NCBI GenBank assembly: GCA_025058915.1
Contig: JANXEC010000002.1
Coordinates: forward strand, 1-33,308
DNA length: 33,308 nt
Direction of reading: 5' to 3'
DNA from: Candidatus Micrarchaeota archaeon
Lineage (GTDB): Archaea; Micrarchaeota; Micrarchaeia; Anstonellales; J096
Below the pieces are notes generated by a model. That model was given only the letters and a program-made list of their open reading frames with translations, made no database searches and had not been told where the DNA came from. The number at the start of each line of letters is the position of its first letter. The stretch's first letter is position 1. Positions 8,326 to 17,403 of this stretch are shown here, in pieces. Both the position numbers and the translations under genes were made by a program.

Positions 8326-9158
8326 TGAAATCTGTGTTTGTGTTAGTAGCTCTGGTATTGCTTTCAGGATGTATAGATCTAGGAGGAACAACTCAATCCA
8401 AGAGCTGCCAGACAGATGGAGAATGCAGATCATATCAGAGATGTGTTGATAACAAATGTGTTCTGAAACCAGGTGCATGTGAAGGTGACAAGGATTGTGA
8501 GTTCTATCAATCTTGTGACAGGAGATCTAATTCTTGTGTTCTGAAAGAAGGGTTCTGTGTAGATAACAATCAATGCAAGCTATTCCAATTCTGTAACTTG
8601 AGCACAAAGAGATGTCAAACCATCCAAGGCTTCTGTGAGAAGAATTCTGATTGTGCTGACTGGCAGACTTGTGATACTAAAACAAACAGATGTGTTGCAA
8701 AACCAGGTTACTGTAAAGATGACAAGGATTGTCAGGCCTGGGAGAGATGCAACAATCTAAATAGATGCCAACCTCTACCAGGAAGATGTAATATTGATTC
8801 TGATTGTAAATCCTATGAATCCTGTAGTAAGAGAGACAATACATGTGTACCTAAGAAAGGATATTGCAATGTAGATGGTGATTGTGAGAGTTGGGAATAT
8901 TGTTTGAACAACAGATGTAAGGTTCTACCTGGTAGATGCAATACTAATCAGGACTGTGCAGCTTGGGAGATATGTGATAGCAGGAAGAACATCTGTGAAT
9001 TGGCTCCTGGAAGATGTGTGTCGAATTCAAATTGTCAATCTTGGCAATACTGTGATATAGGTCAGAGGATGTGTAAACCAAAACCTGGAAGATGTGCATC
9101 ATCTCAGGATTGTAGGGAAGGTCAAGTATGCGATACGATGACGAACACTTGCAGGTAA
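8322..9158 (+). CDS. Cysteine-rich repeat lipoprotein (10 repeats of 4 Cys)
   Basis: Signal peptide with lipobox LLSG-C, then ten units of about 22-26 aa: C-x5-C-x5-C-x4/6-C-x3-[PEKQ]G. The last unit is truncated. Confidence 0.85.
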   Translation: MMKSVFVLVALVLLSGCIDLGGTTQSKSCQTDGECRSYQRCVDNKCVLKPGACEGDKDCEFYQSCDRRSNSCVLKEGFCVDNNQCKLFQFCNLSTKRCQTIQGFCEKNSDCADWQTCDTKTNRCVAKPGYCKDDKDCQAWERCNNLNRCQPLPGRCNIDSDCKSYESCSKRDNTCVPKKGYCNVDGDCESWEYCLNNRCKVLPGRCNTNQDCAAWEICDSRKNICELAPGRCVSNSNCQSWQYCDIGQRMCKPKPGRCASSQDCREGQVCDTMTNTCR

Positions 9159-9631
9159 AGACTCTGAATAGGAAGAGCATAGATCAGATAGTTGAATTTC
9201 TTGAGGAAGTAAAGGAACTAGAACTAGATGAGGATGAGATACAGGAGATCAAGGATATATTGATAGAGGGATATAGTTTTGGTGTGTATAGTAACAATAC
9301 TCTCTATGGAATAAGTATGATGTACGAATGTAGTTTTGATGGAATTCAGGTGCTGTTTGATAATGAACCTAATGCTCTGTCAGCAGAACCACATATTGAT
9401 TACTCATTTGAAGACACAGAGCTTCTGGAGAGAGTTATGTTCAGAGCCATGGATAGGATGGCTCTGGATAACAACTTTGATTTCATAGTCATACAATTGG
9501 CCAAGACAGTGAAAGAGATCAGAGACAGTCCTAGTGAATTGATCAGAGCTATAATAGTGAATGGATATAGATTTATAGAGTCTCCTGATGATGTGACAAT
9601 TGCCTATAAGGACTTGGGAGAGAGCCAATAA
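9128..9631 (+). CDS. Acidic hypothetical protein, possibly a degenerate GNAT fold; start uncertain
   Basis: The ORF fills the gap. YSFGVYSNNTLYG and the C-terminal NGYRF loosely resemble GNAT strands, but there is no clear acetyl-CoA motif A. Confidence 0.55.
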   Translation: MRYDDEHLQVKTLNRKSIDQIVEFLEEVKELELDEDEIQEIKDILIEGYSFGVYSNNTLYGISMMYECSFDGIQVLFDNEPNALSAEPHIDYSFEDTELLERVMFRAMDRMALDNNFDFIVIQLAKTVKEIRDSPSELIRAIIVNGYRFIESPDDVTIAYKDLGESQ

Positions 9632-10136
9632 TTTCTATATTTCTCAATTCTAACCTCTCTATATCATACAAGTATACTTTTATATTCACATTACTGAAAC
9701 GCTCCTTCAGTCTTCTGGCCAGACCAACTGCATTAGCTATTTCCAGATCCTGAATATCTCTTGCTCTATGTATGTTCTGAGATATGAGGTTATAGATGTG
9801 TGGGAATTCATGCATTAATCCTTGAGAATACACTCTCACTGCACCACAGCCTGTGTGTGCGATTATACAGATCTCCTGGATCTTAAGATGATTTACTGCG
9901 AATGTAAGTGTGTCTATTCCATAATCATCAAGTGCGTTCCCTGCGTTTCTTATTACAAAATTCTCCCCCAAGAATTCTCTCTTGAACATCTCTTCAGGTA
10001 TTCTAGAGTCAGAGCATGTTATTATTACTCTGCAAGGTCTCTGGCCGTCTCTGGCAAGTCTCTGTGCCAATAATATATCTCCCTCTCTTATGTGTTTCAG
10101 ATTGTATTCGAAATTATTCTTTATATCATTACACAC
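9573..10136 (-). CDS. cynT: Beta-class carbonic anhydrase
   Basis: ITCSDSR, FVIRNAGN and AHTGCGAV (Zn ligands Cys/His/Cys). Confidence 0.92.
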   Translation of the reverse strand: MCNDIKNNFEYNLKHIREGDILLAQRLARDGQRPCRVIITCSDSRIPEEMFKREFLGENFVIRNAGNALDDYGIDTLTFAVNHLKIQEICIIAHTGCGAVRVYSQGLMHEFPHIYNLISQNIHRARDIQDLEIANAVGLARRLKERFSNVNIKVYLYDIERLELRNIEIIGSLPSPYRQLSHHQETL

Positions 10137-10192
10137 GTTTTACTAAAATTATTCGCATAGGTTTAAAAACTAAACTCTACCAAAATTCAGAC

Positions 10193-11260
10193 ATGTCAAA
10201 AATCAGAATAGAGTTAAATGTATCACTCAATAGTAGAGAGGATCTATCCTTGCATTACACCCCTGGAGTTGGAAAGATTGTGGAGGAATTGAGCAGAGAC
10301 AGGAGCAAGGTATTTGATCTGACATACAGAGGTGATTTTGTGGCTATTCTATCTAATGGTACCTCTGTGCTTGGATATGGTAATTTAGGACCTGTCCCGA
10401 TGATGCCTGTTCTCGAGGGTAAATCTCTCATACTGAGAAGGTTTGGTAGAGTAAACCCAATTCCAATATCAATCAGAGGTAATCACAGAGATATCTATGA
10501 TATAGCAATGAGAATACAAGATAATTATTCACTCATAATGATAGAGGATGTTGCTGGACCTGAATGTATTGAATTACATGAAATGCTTAACAGAGATCTA
10601 GAGATTCCTACATTCAACGATGATATGTTTGGTAGTGCTATTATCACTCTATCAACTCTCAAGAGAGCAATCCATATACTAGGCAAGGATGATCCTAAAG
10701 TGATTGTGTATGGTGCTGGTGCTGCAGGCCTGACAGTATCTAAATACCTGAGAGCAATACAAATAAATAGGGTAATAGTTTTTGATTCCAAAGGATCATT
10801 GAGCAAGAGCAGAACTGATATGAATGAATATAAGAAGGAGATTGCAGAGATGTACGATATCAAAGATGTATCACTGAAAGAGGCTCTCAAGGGAGCTGAT
10901 GTATTTATAGGCTTCTCCAGAGGAAATGTCATACATAGGGATCATGTTAGATTGATGAACAGAGATGCAGTGGTTTTTGCATTAGCGAATCCAATTCCTG
11001 AGATAGATGAGAGAGAGGCAATGTCTGCAGGAAATGTCAGGATATATGCAAATGGTAGGAGTGATAATAAGAATCAGATCAACAATTCATTAGTTTTCCC
11101 ATCGTTAGTTTCATACATGGCACTCAGGAGAGTTAAATTAGATGACAGACTGATTGAGAGAGCGATTGATATAATATATAGATACAACACAGATAGACTT
11201 GTTCCAGATATGTTTGATATGGGATTTCATGAGTATCTCTTCAGGTCACTTAGCATGTGA
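10193..11260 (+). CDS. mae: NAD(P)-dependent malic enzyme
   Basis: DLSLHYTPGV, NGTSVLGYGNLG, PVLEGK, IEDV, GAGAAG, FALANPIPEI and NQINNSLVFP. Start moved to ATG 10193 because of a TATA box at 10162 and because the upstream part overlaps the divergent CA gene. Confidence 0.9.
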   Translation: MSKIRIELNVSLNSREDLSLHYTPGVGKIVEELSRDRSKVFDLTYRGDFVAILSNGTSVLGYGNLGPVPMMPVLEGKSLILRRFGRVNPIPISIRGNHRDIYDIAMRIQDNYSLIMIEDVAGPECIELHEMLNRDLEIPTFNDDMFGSAIITLSTLKRAIHILGKDDPKVIVYGAGAAGLTVSKYLRAIQINRVIVFDSKGSLSKSRTDMNEYKKEIAEMYDIKDVSLKEALKGADVFIGFSRGNVIHRDHVRLMNRDAVVFALANPIPEIDEREAMSAGNVRIYANGRSDNKNQINNSLVFPSLVSYMALRRVKLDDRLIERAIDIIYRYNTDRLVPDMFDMGFHEYLFRSLSM

Positions 11261-12863
11261 AAATATACTCTTGTGGTCTGTCCTTCCTTACATAACCGAC
11301 TCTGGATAGATAGAGTCTCTCCTCGGTTTCGTACTTCTTTGGGATTATGCCTGTGATTGTTTCCATGGAATTAGGATTCAGCTCCTCGCCTAGCATAAGT
11401 TCATGGGGAATTTTTAGAGTCACTTCCAGAGGCTTGTCTATCCAATCCGTAGGAGGTAGGTTGGAATCGGTCTGGTATGAGATGTATTCATCACCGACTC
11501 TCTTCACTGTCCCTAATCCCCTGAGGTTCATTATCTCAGACAATTCTTTCTCATCTATATACAATTCTCCTTCCCAGTAGAATCTATCTGAATTCTTCTC
11601 TTTCAGTATCCTGGTGTGTATTTTCACAGGGTTCTTTATGAAAGATACTCTGGGTATATTCCTGTCTCTATCTAAGAATTCTCTATTGATCTGCAGTAAC
11701 ATACCCCATTCCACTTCAGTCTCCTGCTTCCCAGGGCCTAGTCTAGATACAAATTCCCTGATTGCTTTTGGTAATATTCCTCTCCTCCTGAGTGCTCTGA
11801 CAGTAGTCAGTCTGGGATCATCCCATCCTTCGACTATATTTTTCTCTACGAGTTCTCTGATCTTCCGCTTGGATGTAACACTACCTTTTATCTCCAGCCT
11901 AGAGAAGTGTATTAGGAATATATCCCTTAATCCTAGATCTCTGAGTATAGAGTAATACAGCTCAGTTCTGAGTTCATACTCTTTAGATCTCAAAGCGTAA
12001 TTTACCATCTCTATACTATCTAAGATAGGTGTGGCAAAATCATATGTAGGCCAGAACCTGTATTTGTTCCCGTGTCTATAATGGGGATGATCGACTACTC
12101 TGAACATTGTGGGGTCTCTCATTGTTGTGTTCGGAGATTTTAGATCTCCTTTGTATAAAGCAACTATCTCTCCCTCTCTGTATTCCCCATCTATGGCTGC
12201 TCTAAACATATCCAAGTTCTGTTCTGTAGAATTGTTCCTGTCACTCACTGGTAATCCACTTCTCCTCATCTCTGCTATTTCATCCTGTGAGGCCGTGGTT
12301 AGGTAGATCTTATCCATTTTTATTAGTTTCTCTGCATGTTCATACAGAACATCCATATAATCCGAGGAATGTGTAACAGAACTATATTTTATGTTCAACC
12401 ACTGAATATCATCCATGATTGCATTTTCGTATTCCTGAGAAACCTTCTCAGGATTTGTATCATCGAATCTTATTATCAACTTTCCACCATACTTCTCTAG
12501 ATAGAATATATTCAAGAATACAGATTTGCAATGGCCTATGTGCATGTATCCAGATGGTTCTGGTGCAAATCTAAGAACCAGATACGAAGGGTTGTATGGT
12601 AGGTTATACCTCTTCTCGTCTCTTGTGTATTCCTGATAGTCATACTGATTAAATTCTTTCTCTGCCTCTCCAGGATCTAGAGTGTTGACACTATTTATTA
12701 TCTCATTCAGAATGGGTATTATATCTTTTACTCTACTCTTCAATTCAGGATGCTCATACAGTACCCAGCTGATGGTTGATTTCAGATCTGCCTTGCCATA
12801 TTCTATTCTGTTCTTCAGAGCCTGTTTTCTGAAGTCGTTGTAATATCTTTCTAGATCCTCCAT
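11250..12863 (-). CDS. gltX: Glutamyl-tRNA synthetase (archaeal type)
   Basis: RFAPEPSGYMHIGH, IRFDDTNP, WPTYDF, TSKRK and GWDDPRL. Confidence 0.95.
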   Translation of the reverse strand: MEDLERYYNDFRKQALKNRIEYGKADLKSTISWVLYEHPELKSRVKDIIPILNEIINSVNTLDPGEAEKEFNQYDYQEYTRDEKRYNLPYNPSYLVLRFAPEPSGYMHIGHCKSVFLNIFYLEKYGGKLIIRFDDTNPEKVSQEYENAIMDDIQWLNIKYSSVTHSSDYMDVLYEHAEKLIKMDKIYLTTASQDEIAEMRRSGLPVSDRNNSTEQNLDMFRAAIDGEYREGEIVALYKGDLKSPNTTMRDPTMFRVVDHPHYRHGNKYRFWPTYDFATPILDSIEMVNYALRSKEYELRTELYYSILRDLGLRDIFLIHFSRLEIKGSVTSKRKIRELVEKNIVEGWDDPRLTTVRALRRRGILPKAIREFVSRLGPGKQETEVEWGMLLQINREFLDRDRNIPRVSFIKNPVKIHTRILKEKNSDRFYWEGELYIDEKELSEIMNLRGLGTVKRVGDEYISYQTDSNLPPTDWIDKPLEVTLKIPHELMLGEELNPNSMETITGIIPKKYETEERLYLSRVGYVRKDRPQEYIFTC

Positions 12864-12886
12864 GTGTGTTGTATCTTGGATTCGTT

Positions 12887-13711
12887 TTAAAAATTCAGCT
12901 CTTCATATATCTTGTTCTTCTCCTCTCTGTTTAGAGACCGGAGAGAGAAGATCAGTAGTTTTGATAGAGATAGTGCCTGGTCTGTATCGTAGAATGCAAG
13001 AGATGATAGAAAAACCTGTTTGATCTGCTCTATCATACTATTCTTATTCTCATCGATTTTGCTCTGAATTGCAGGTATGCTTGTTCTGTTCATGAGTTTG
13101 GTCATCTCAACTATCTTCTTATCTATTCTGAATATTTCTTTGAATTTCTCCTTGATAATCTTGGGTAGAAGATTTGGATTGTAGCCTAGAGGAAATATAG
13201 AATTATACATCATATAACTTATCACTTCAGGAGAATATTTTAGATCGTTCTCTATAACAAACACCAATCCTTGGATCTTCATTATGTTATCTTCAACGTC
13301 ATCAGATTCAAACACATCATCAATCATCTTCTGTATCTGTGATTTCTCCAAAACTCTCCTCTTGGCTCTGAAATAATCATATATCAAATACACAAGAGGA
13401 TCATAGTCTCCAACTGCGTATGGTCTTACTTCATTCAGCAATACCTCTATGTAATCCTTGAGCTCTGGACTTTGCTGGATCCTGTCTAACAAGATATTCG
13501 CCTCCTGTATTGTTATTCTTAACTCTACAAGTATCTGAACAGCCCTCTTGATGTATTCCTGATCTAGATACCTCTGAAATAGTTTTATGTTTATGATCGC
13601 AAGATGTAGTTTATCTTCTTCTGTTAGATGCTTGGATTTTCTGAATGCATTCTCTGCTAATTGCAAATATCCATTAGCATACAACACCTTTGCAACTATA
13701 TTATATATCAT
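12887..13711 (-). CDS. Hypothetical alpha-helical protein (TPR-like N-terminus)
   Basis: 274 aa, overlapping the upstream SMC-like gene by 4 nt (ATGA). AKVLYANGYLQLAENAFRK is TPR-like. Confidence 0.65.
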   Translation of the reverse strand: MIYNIVAKVLYANGYLQLAENAFRKSKHLTEEDKLHLAIINIKLFQRYLDQEYIKRAVQILVELRITIQEANILLDRIQQSPELKDYIEVLLNEVRPYAVGDYDPLVYLIYDYFRAKRRVLEKSQIQKMIDDVFESDDVEDNIMKIQGLVFVIENDLKYSPEVISYMMYNSIFPLGYNPNLLPKIIKEKFKEIFRIDKKIVEMTKLMNRTSIPAIQSKIDENKNSMIEQIKQVFLSSLAFYDTDQALSLSKLLIFSLRSLNREEKNKIYEELNF

Positions 13712-15957
13712 TCTGTATCCACCTTCGTATAGTTAATCGATGTATCTCTAGACATATCTCTATTCAGAGATATAACCATGTTCCATGATATATTTGTTTT
13801 GATTTTTTCATCGTGAGTTATGATAATGAACTGATCTATGTGCTCTAGATAGAGTTTATTGATATTATCAATCAAAGAATCTATCGCGCTTTCGTCTAGG
13901 TTATGGGTAGGTTCATCAAGTATCATTACTCTTAGGTTCTTTGTGACTAGTGATAGAATTGCCATTCTCAGGGCCAAAGCATACATAGTCTTCTCACCTC
14001 CACTCAATCTATCTGCAGTAACCTGATTATTACCTGATCTTATGACTAGAACATACCCTGAGTCTTCTACCTCTATCTTAGGATCTGAATACACACCAGA
14101 ATAGTACAGACTGTTCCAGTACATACTGAAATACATGTTGATCTTATTTATTAGATTCCTTCTCCTCCTGTTCTGTAGATCTTCCATCCTCATGTGTATC
14201 TCAATTAGCTCCTGAACTATCTTCCTGAGTATCTCGAGTCTTTCGCGTTTGGAATTGTATTCATTCACCTTTGTCTTCAGATAGTTTAGCCTCTGTTTGG
14301 AATCATCTATACTCTTATCATCTCTTTTCAGAGTTTCTTTGATTGCTCTGAGCTCACTACTGATCTTTACATATTCAGAATTCCAGGTGTTGTATCTGTT
14401 CTCATCTATATCTAATCTTTTGATCTCATCCAGGAGCTTTGCCCTTTCGAGACTCAGATCTTCCTTTCGCTTCCTCTTCTGTTCTATAAGATGTTTTGTT
14501 TCACTGAGAGATCTAAGTCTTTCTCTCTCACCTATTAAATCTTTCTCAGATACTTTAGGTTCGTCTGGAATATTGATCTGTCTCAATCTCTCCTGCCTAT
14601 TGTTGAGTTCGGTCTCGATGGATTTCAGTTTCTCATCTATAGCTCTGATGCTTGATTCTGAGTCTGATATTTTTGACTTAAGTGTTTCTATGGTAATATC
14701 TATCTCTCGGATTCTGTTCTGTGTATTTGAGTTCATTCTCTCAAGTTCCGAGTATCTGATGTATCCTAATACTGCAATTGGTAGGGCGATTGCAATTAGA
14801 TATGGATTAATAGAGGATAGGAGCAGGACAATCATAATACTTATCCCATATATCTGTATATTCCTATCCTGCAGAGGAGGAACAATCTTCAATTCTGATC
14901 TCTGTGTCTGCAGAGTTTGGATATTCTGAGTGTCTTGATCTATCTGCCGATAGATATTTTCTCTCTGAGATTTTAGTTCTTTGATAGATGATTCTATGTT
15001 CTCTACCTCTGTCTCTAACCTTATTCTTTCTTCTTTCAACTTTGTTATGTTCTCTATCGTAGAGCTGATTAATTCTATTTCTCTATCTATCTCCAGAATT
15101 CTTTGTTCTATTCTTTGAAATCCTCCTAATCTCTCTATGTCTTCTGTTATTCTCTTTATTTCCTCATCAATACTTTTGATCTGACCATCTATCCGGTTCA
15201 GTGTCTGTTTGGCATTCAAATACTTCTGATACCTATCTGTGATATTGCTCTCTTCTTTCTTCATCTGATCATATCTCACAGCAAGTTCGTTGTATTGTTT
15301 CTGATGTATCTCCCTATCGTTCTCATGGCTCTTGAGTCTCTCTAACTCTCTCTGGTATTCCTCTAGATCTTTTTTGTAACTATCTATGTTATTCGATAGC
15401 TCTTTGATTCTCTTCTCCCCTTCATTTATGATTCTTTTCAACATATCGATTCTACCTTGAAATTCCTCTATACCGAGTATTCTATCTAAGTATTCTTTGA
15501 TCTGTTTTGGCTGTAGATCCATTATCTGGTATATCCCATCCTGTGCTCCATAGAAAACATTTGCAAATATAGACTCATCTACGTTCAGTAATTTCAATAC
15601 TATATTTCTTACCTCATTATCATTCTCAGATATCTTCTTGTCATCAACATACATAATCACTCTTTCTGGTTTGTTCCTGGACAGAATTCTGGTTATTTTG
15701 CATTTCCTATTATTGATTGCGAATTCCACCTCCACAGTGGCAGTATCAGATCCATCTCTGATATATTCCTTCTTTGTTGTCCTATTTATTTTTCTGTATC
15801 CCTCCCTTATCTCTCCAAACAATCCATAAACTATTCCTTCTATTATACTAGTCTTCCCTGATCCATTCTTACCATGTATGAGTATCTTACCCTTTCTGAA
15901 TTGGATCTGTGTGTCCTTATGGGACATCCAATTCTTAAGTGTGATCTTTGTTATCAT
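13708..15957 (-). CDS. Rad50/SbcC-like SMC-family ATPase with central hydrophobic hairpin and no Zn hook
   Basis: Walker A GKNGSGKTS, Q-loop GAQD, signature LSGGE, Walker B/D-loop ILDEPTHNLD and H-loop ITHD. Long coiled coils, hydrophobic aa ~367-400, no CxxC. Confidence 0.88.
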   Translation of the reverse strand: MITKITLKNWMSHKDTQIQFRKGKILIHGKNGSGKTSIIEGIVYGLFGEIREGYRKINRTTKKEYIRDGSDTATVEVEFAINNRKCKITRILSRNKPERVIMYVDDKKISENDNEVRNIVLKLLNVDESIFANVFYGAQDGIYQIMDLQPKQIKEYLDRILGIEEFQGRIDMLKRIINEGEKRIKELSNNIDSYKKDLEEYQRELERLKSHENDREIHQKQYNELAVRYDQMKKEESNITDRYQKYLNAKQTLNRIDGQIKSIDEEIKRITEDIERLGGFQRIEQRILEIDREIELISSTIENITKLKEERIRLETEVENIESSIKELKSQRENIYRQIDQDTQNIQTLQTQRSELKIVPPLQDRNIQIYGISIMIVLLLSSINPYLIAIALPIAVLGYIRYSELERMNSNTQNRIREIDITIETLKSKISDSESSIRAIDEKLKSIETELNNRQERLRQINIPDEPKVSEKDLIGERERLRSLSETKHLIEQKRKRKEDLSLERAKLLDEIKRLDIDENRYNTWNSEYVKISSELRAIKETLKRDDKSIDDSKQRLNYLKTKVNEYNSKRERLEILRKIVQELIEIHMRMEDLQNRRRRNLINKINMYFSMYWNSLYYSGVYSDPKIEVEDSGYVLVIRSGNNQVTADRLSGGEKTMYALALRMAILSLVTKNLRVMILDEPTHNLDESAIDSLIDNINKLYLEHIDQFIIITHDEKIKTNISWNMVISLNRDMSRDTSINYTKVDTE

Positions 15958-16691
15958 ATCTTTCTAATCGACAGAGAGAATTTATTAAAGTATAGGTTTG
16001 CTCCTAGTATTATCATAAAAGGTAGTAAGAAAAAAGTGTTTATGAACAGCATCACGTATCTTGAGATCTCCAGAGGGAATAATAGATCTAATAAGAACAA
16101 TATAGCTATGTAAAATACTATCCCCACTACTGCATACATAAACGGATATAATGCTAATTCTCTCCTAAATAGCAATAATTTCCTGATAGCAGTGTCAAAG
16201 TCAACTCCCTCTATGACGATTGCATACGGTATGAATAGAATTACATAATTCATTATCAAGAATACAACAGATATGTAAAAAGTATCAATAGACAACACAT
16301 ATGCAAATATAGTGATATTGAATTGTATCAGGAACCATACTAGAAGGAATTTATACACCTCTGGATAGGAATTGAGGATCTGTTTTATGAATAGATTCCT
16401 AGAGAGTTCTTCACTCCTGTACTCTCTGGTCGCAATTGTCAGAGTCACAAAAACTAATGTGTATATTCCCATAACTAGCAAAAACACCATAAGAGGTAAT
16501 ACCAATCCGAATAGATCTATCTCAGTTATCTTTGATATCCTCAAGAATATTCCTGTAACTGAAATATAAATATAATCATCAAACAGAAACAGAAGCACTA
16601 GAATACTAAGCAGAATCACAATACCTGATAGAGCCACTAGATCTAATCCTGTTCTGTATACATTCCATGAACTCCTGAGCTCGAAGAGCAT
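15954..16691 (-). CDS. Multi-pass membrane protein (about 6 TM) of unknown function
   Basis: 245 aa, strongly hydrophobic, overlapping the ATPase start by 4 nt. Confidence 0.75.
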   Translation of the reverse strand: MLFELRSSWNVYRTGLDLVALSGIVILLSILVLLFLFDDYIYISVTGIFLRISKITEIDLFGLVLPLMVFLLVMGIYTLVFVTLTIATREYRSEELSRNLFIKQILNSYPEVYKFLLVWFLIQFNITIFAYVLSIDTFYISVVFLIMNYVILFIPYAIVIEGVDFDTAIRKLLLFRRELALYPFMYAVVGIVFYIAILFLLDLLFPLEISRYVMLFINTFFLLPFMIILGANLYFNKFSLSIRKI

Positions 16692-16737
16692 ATCTATATT
16701 TAAAGCTTAGGGTTTAAAAATAATCAGGTGAGAATAT

Positions 16738-17403
16738 ATGGCACTTTTGGATGAGGAAACAAAGAAAGCAATAAAGGATTACCTATCGAAGATGAGAGAT
16801 GTGGTAGAATTGGTTGTTGTGATAGATAGAAACTCTAAGAATTGCATGTATTGTGATGAGATCAAACAGCTGTTCGTTGAACTGGATGAGCTCAAAGTTC
16901 CGAAACTCAAGATCAAGTTGATTGAGAAATATGATGATAATGTCAAAGTATCTTACGATATATCTCCTGATCAGGTTCCTATAATTCTGATCAGAAACCC
17001 TAACATAAAAGCCTATATCGCATATAGAGGGATTCCTGCAGACCATGAATTTGGATTGTTCCTTGAGACTATTCTAGAGGTATCTACAGGACATGTTCAT
17101 CTATCTGAGGATCAGATCAATAAGGTCAAGAACATAAAGGAGAGTGTTAAGATAGATGTGTATGTAACACCTTCCTGTCCATACTGCCCTGCAGCGGTGG
17201 CATCTGCATACATGCTTGCTATGATAAATCCAAACATCAAGGCATATGCAGTGGAGGCAACAGAATTTCCAGAGGAGAGTAATAGATATAGAATAAGAGC
17301 AGTGCCTACTGTAGTAATAAATAATGGGCAGAATAGGTTTGAGGGAGCATTACCTATAGATAGGTTCATTGCAAAGATAGAGGAGACTCTATCTAAAAAA
17401 TGA
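16738..17403 (+). CDS. pdo: Protein disulfide oxidoreductase (two thioredoxin folds)
   Basis: CMYC and CPYC motifs, YRGIPADHEF and RAVPTVVIN...FEGA. SD AGGTGA. Confidence 0.9.
   Translation: MALLDEETKKAIKDYLSKMRDVVELVVVIDRNSKNCMYCDEIKQLFVELDELKVPKLKIKLIEKYDDNVKVSYDISPDQVPIILIRNPNIKAYIAYRGIPADHEFGLFLETILEVSTGHVHLSEDQINKVKNIKESVKIDVYVTPSCPYCPAAVASAYMLAMINPNIKAYAVEATEFPEESNRYRIRAVPTVVINNGQNRFEGALPIDRFIAKIEETLSKK

Noticed and set aside
10016..10192. N-terminal extension of the malic enzyme in the ORF track
   Set aside because: It overlaps the divergent carbonic anhydrase, and a TATA box lies 31 nt before ATG 10193.
14297..14929. 210-aa Ser/Leu-rich + strand ORF, and similar short ORFs nested in long genes throughout the window
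   Set aside because: Antisense or off-frame shadows of purine-rich genuine genes, with no motifs.
13708..15957. Calling this canonical rad50, or a Lamassu/Wadjet defence SMC
   Set aside because: No zinc hook or mre11. No recognisable effector nuclease/protease or JetA/B/D partners. The context is housekeeping.
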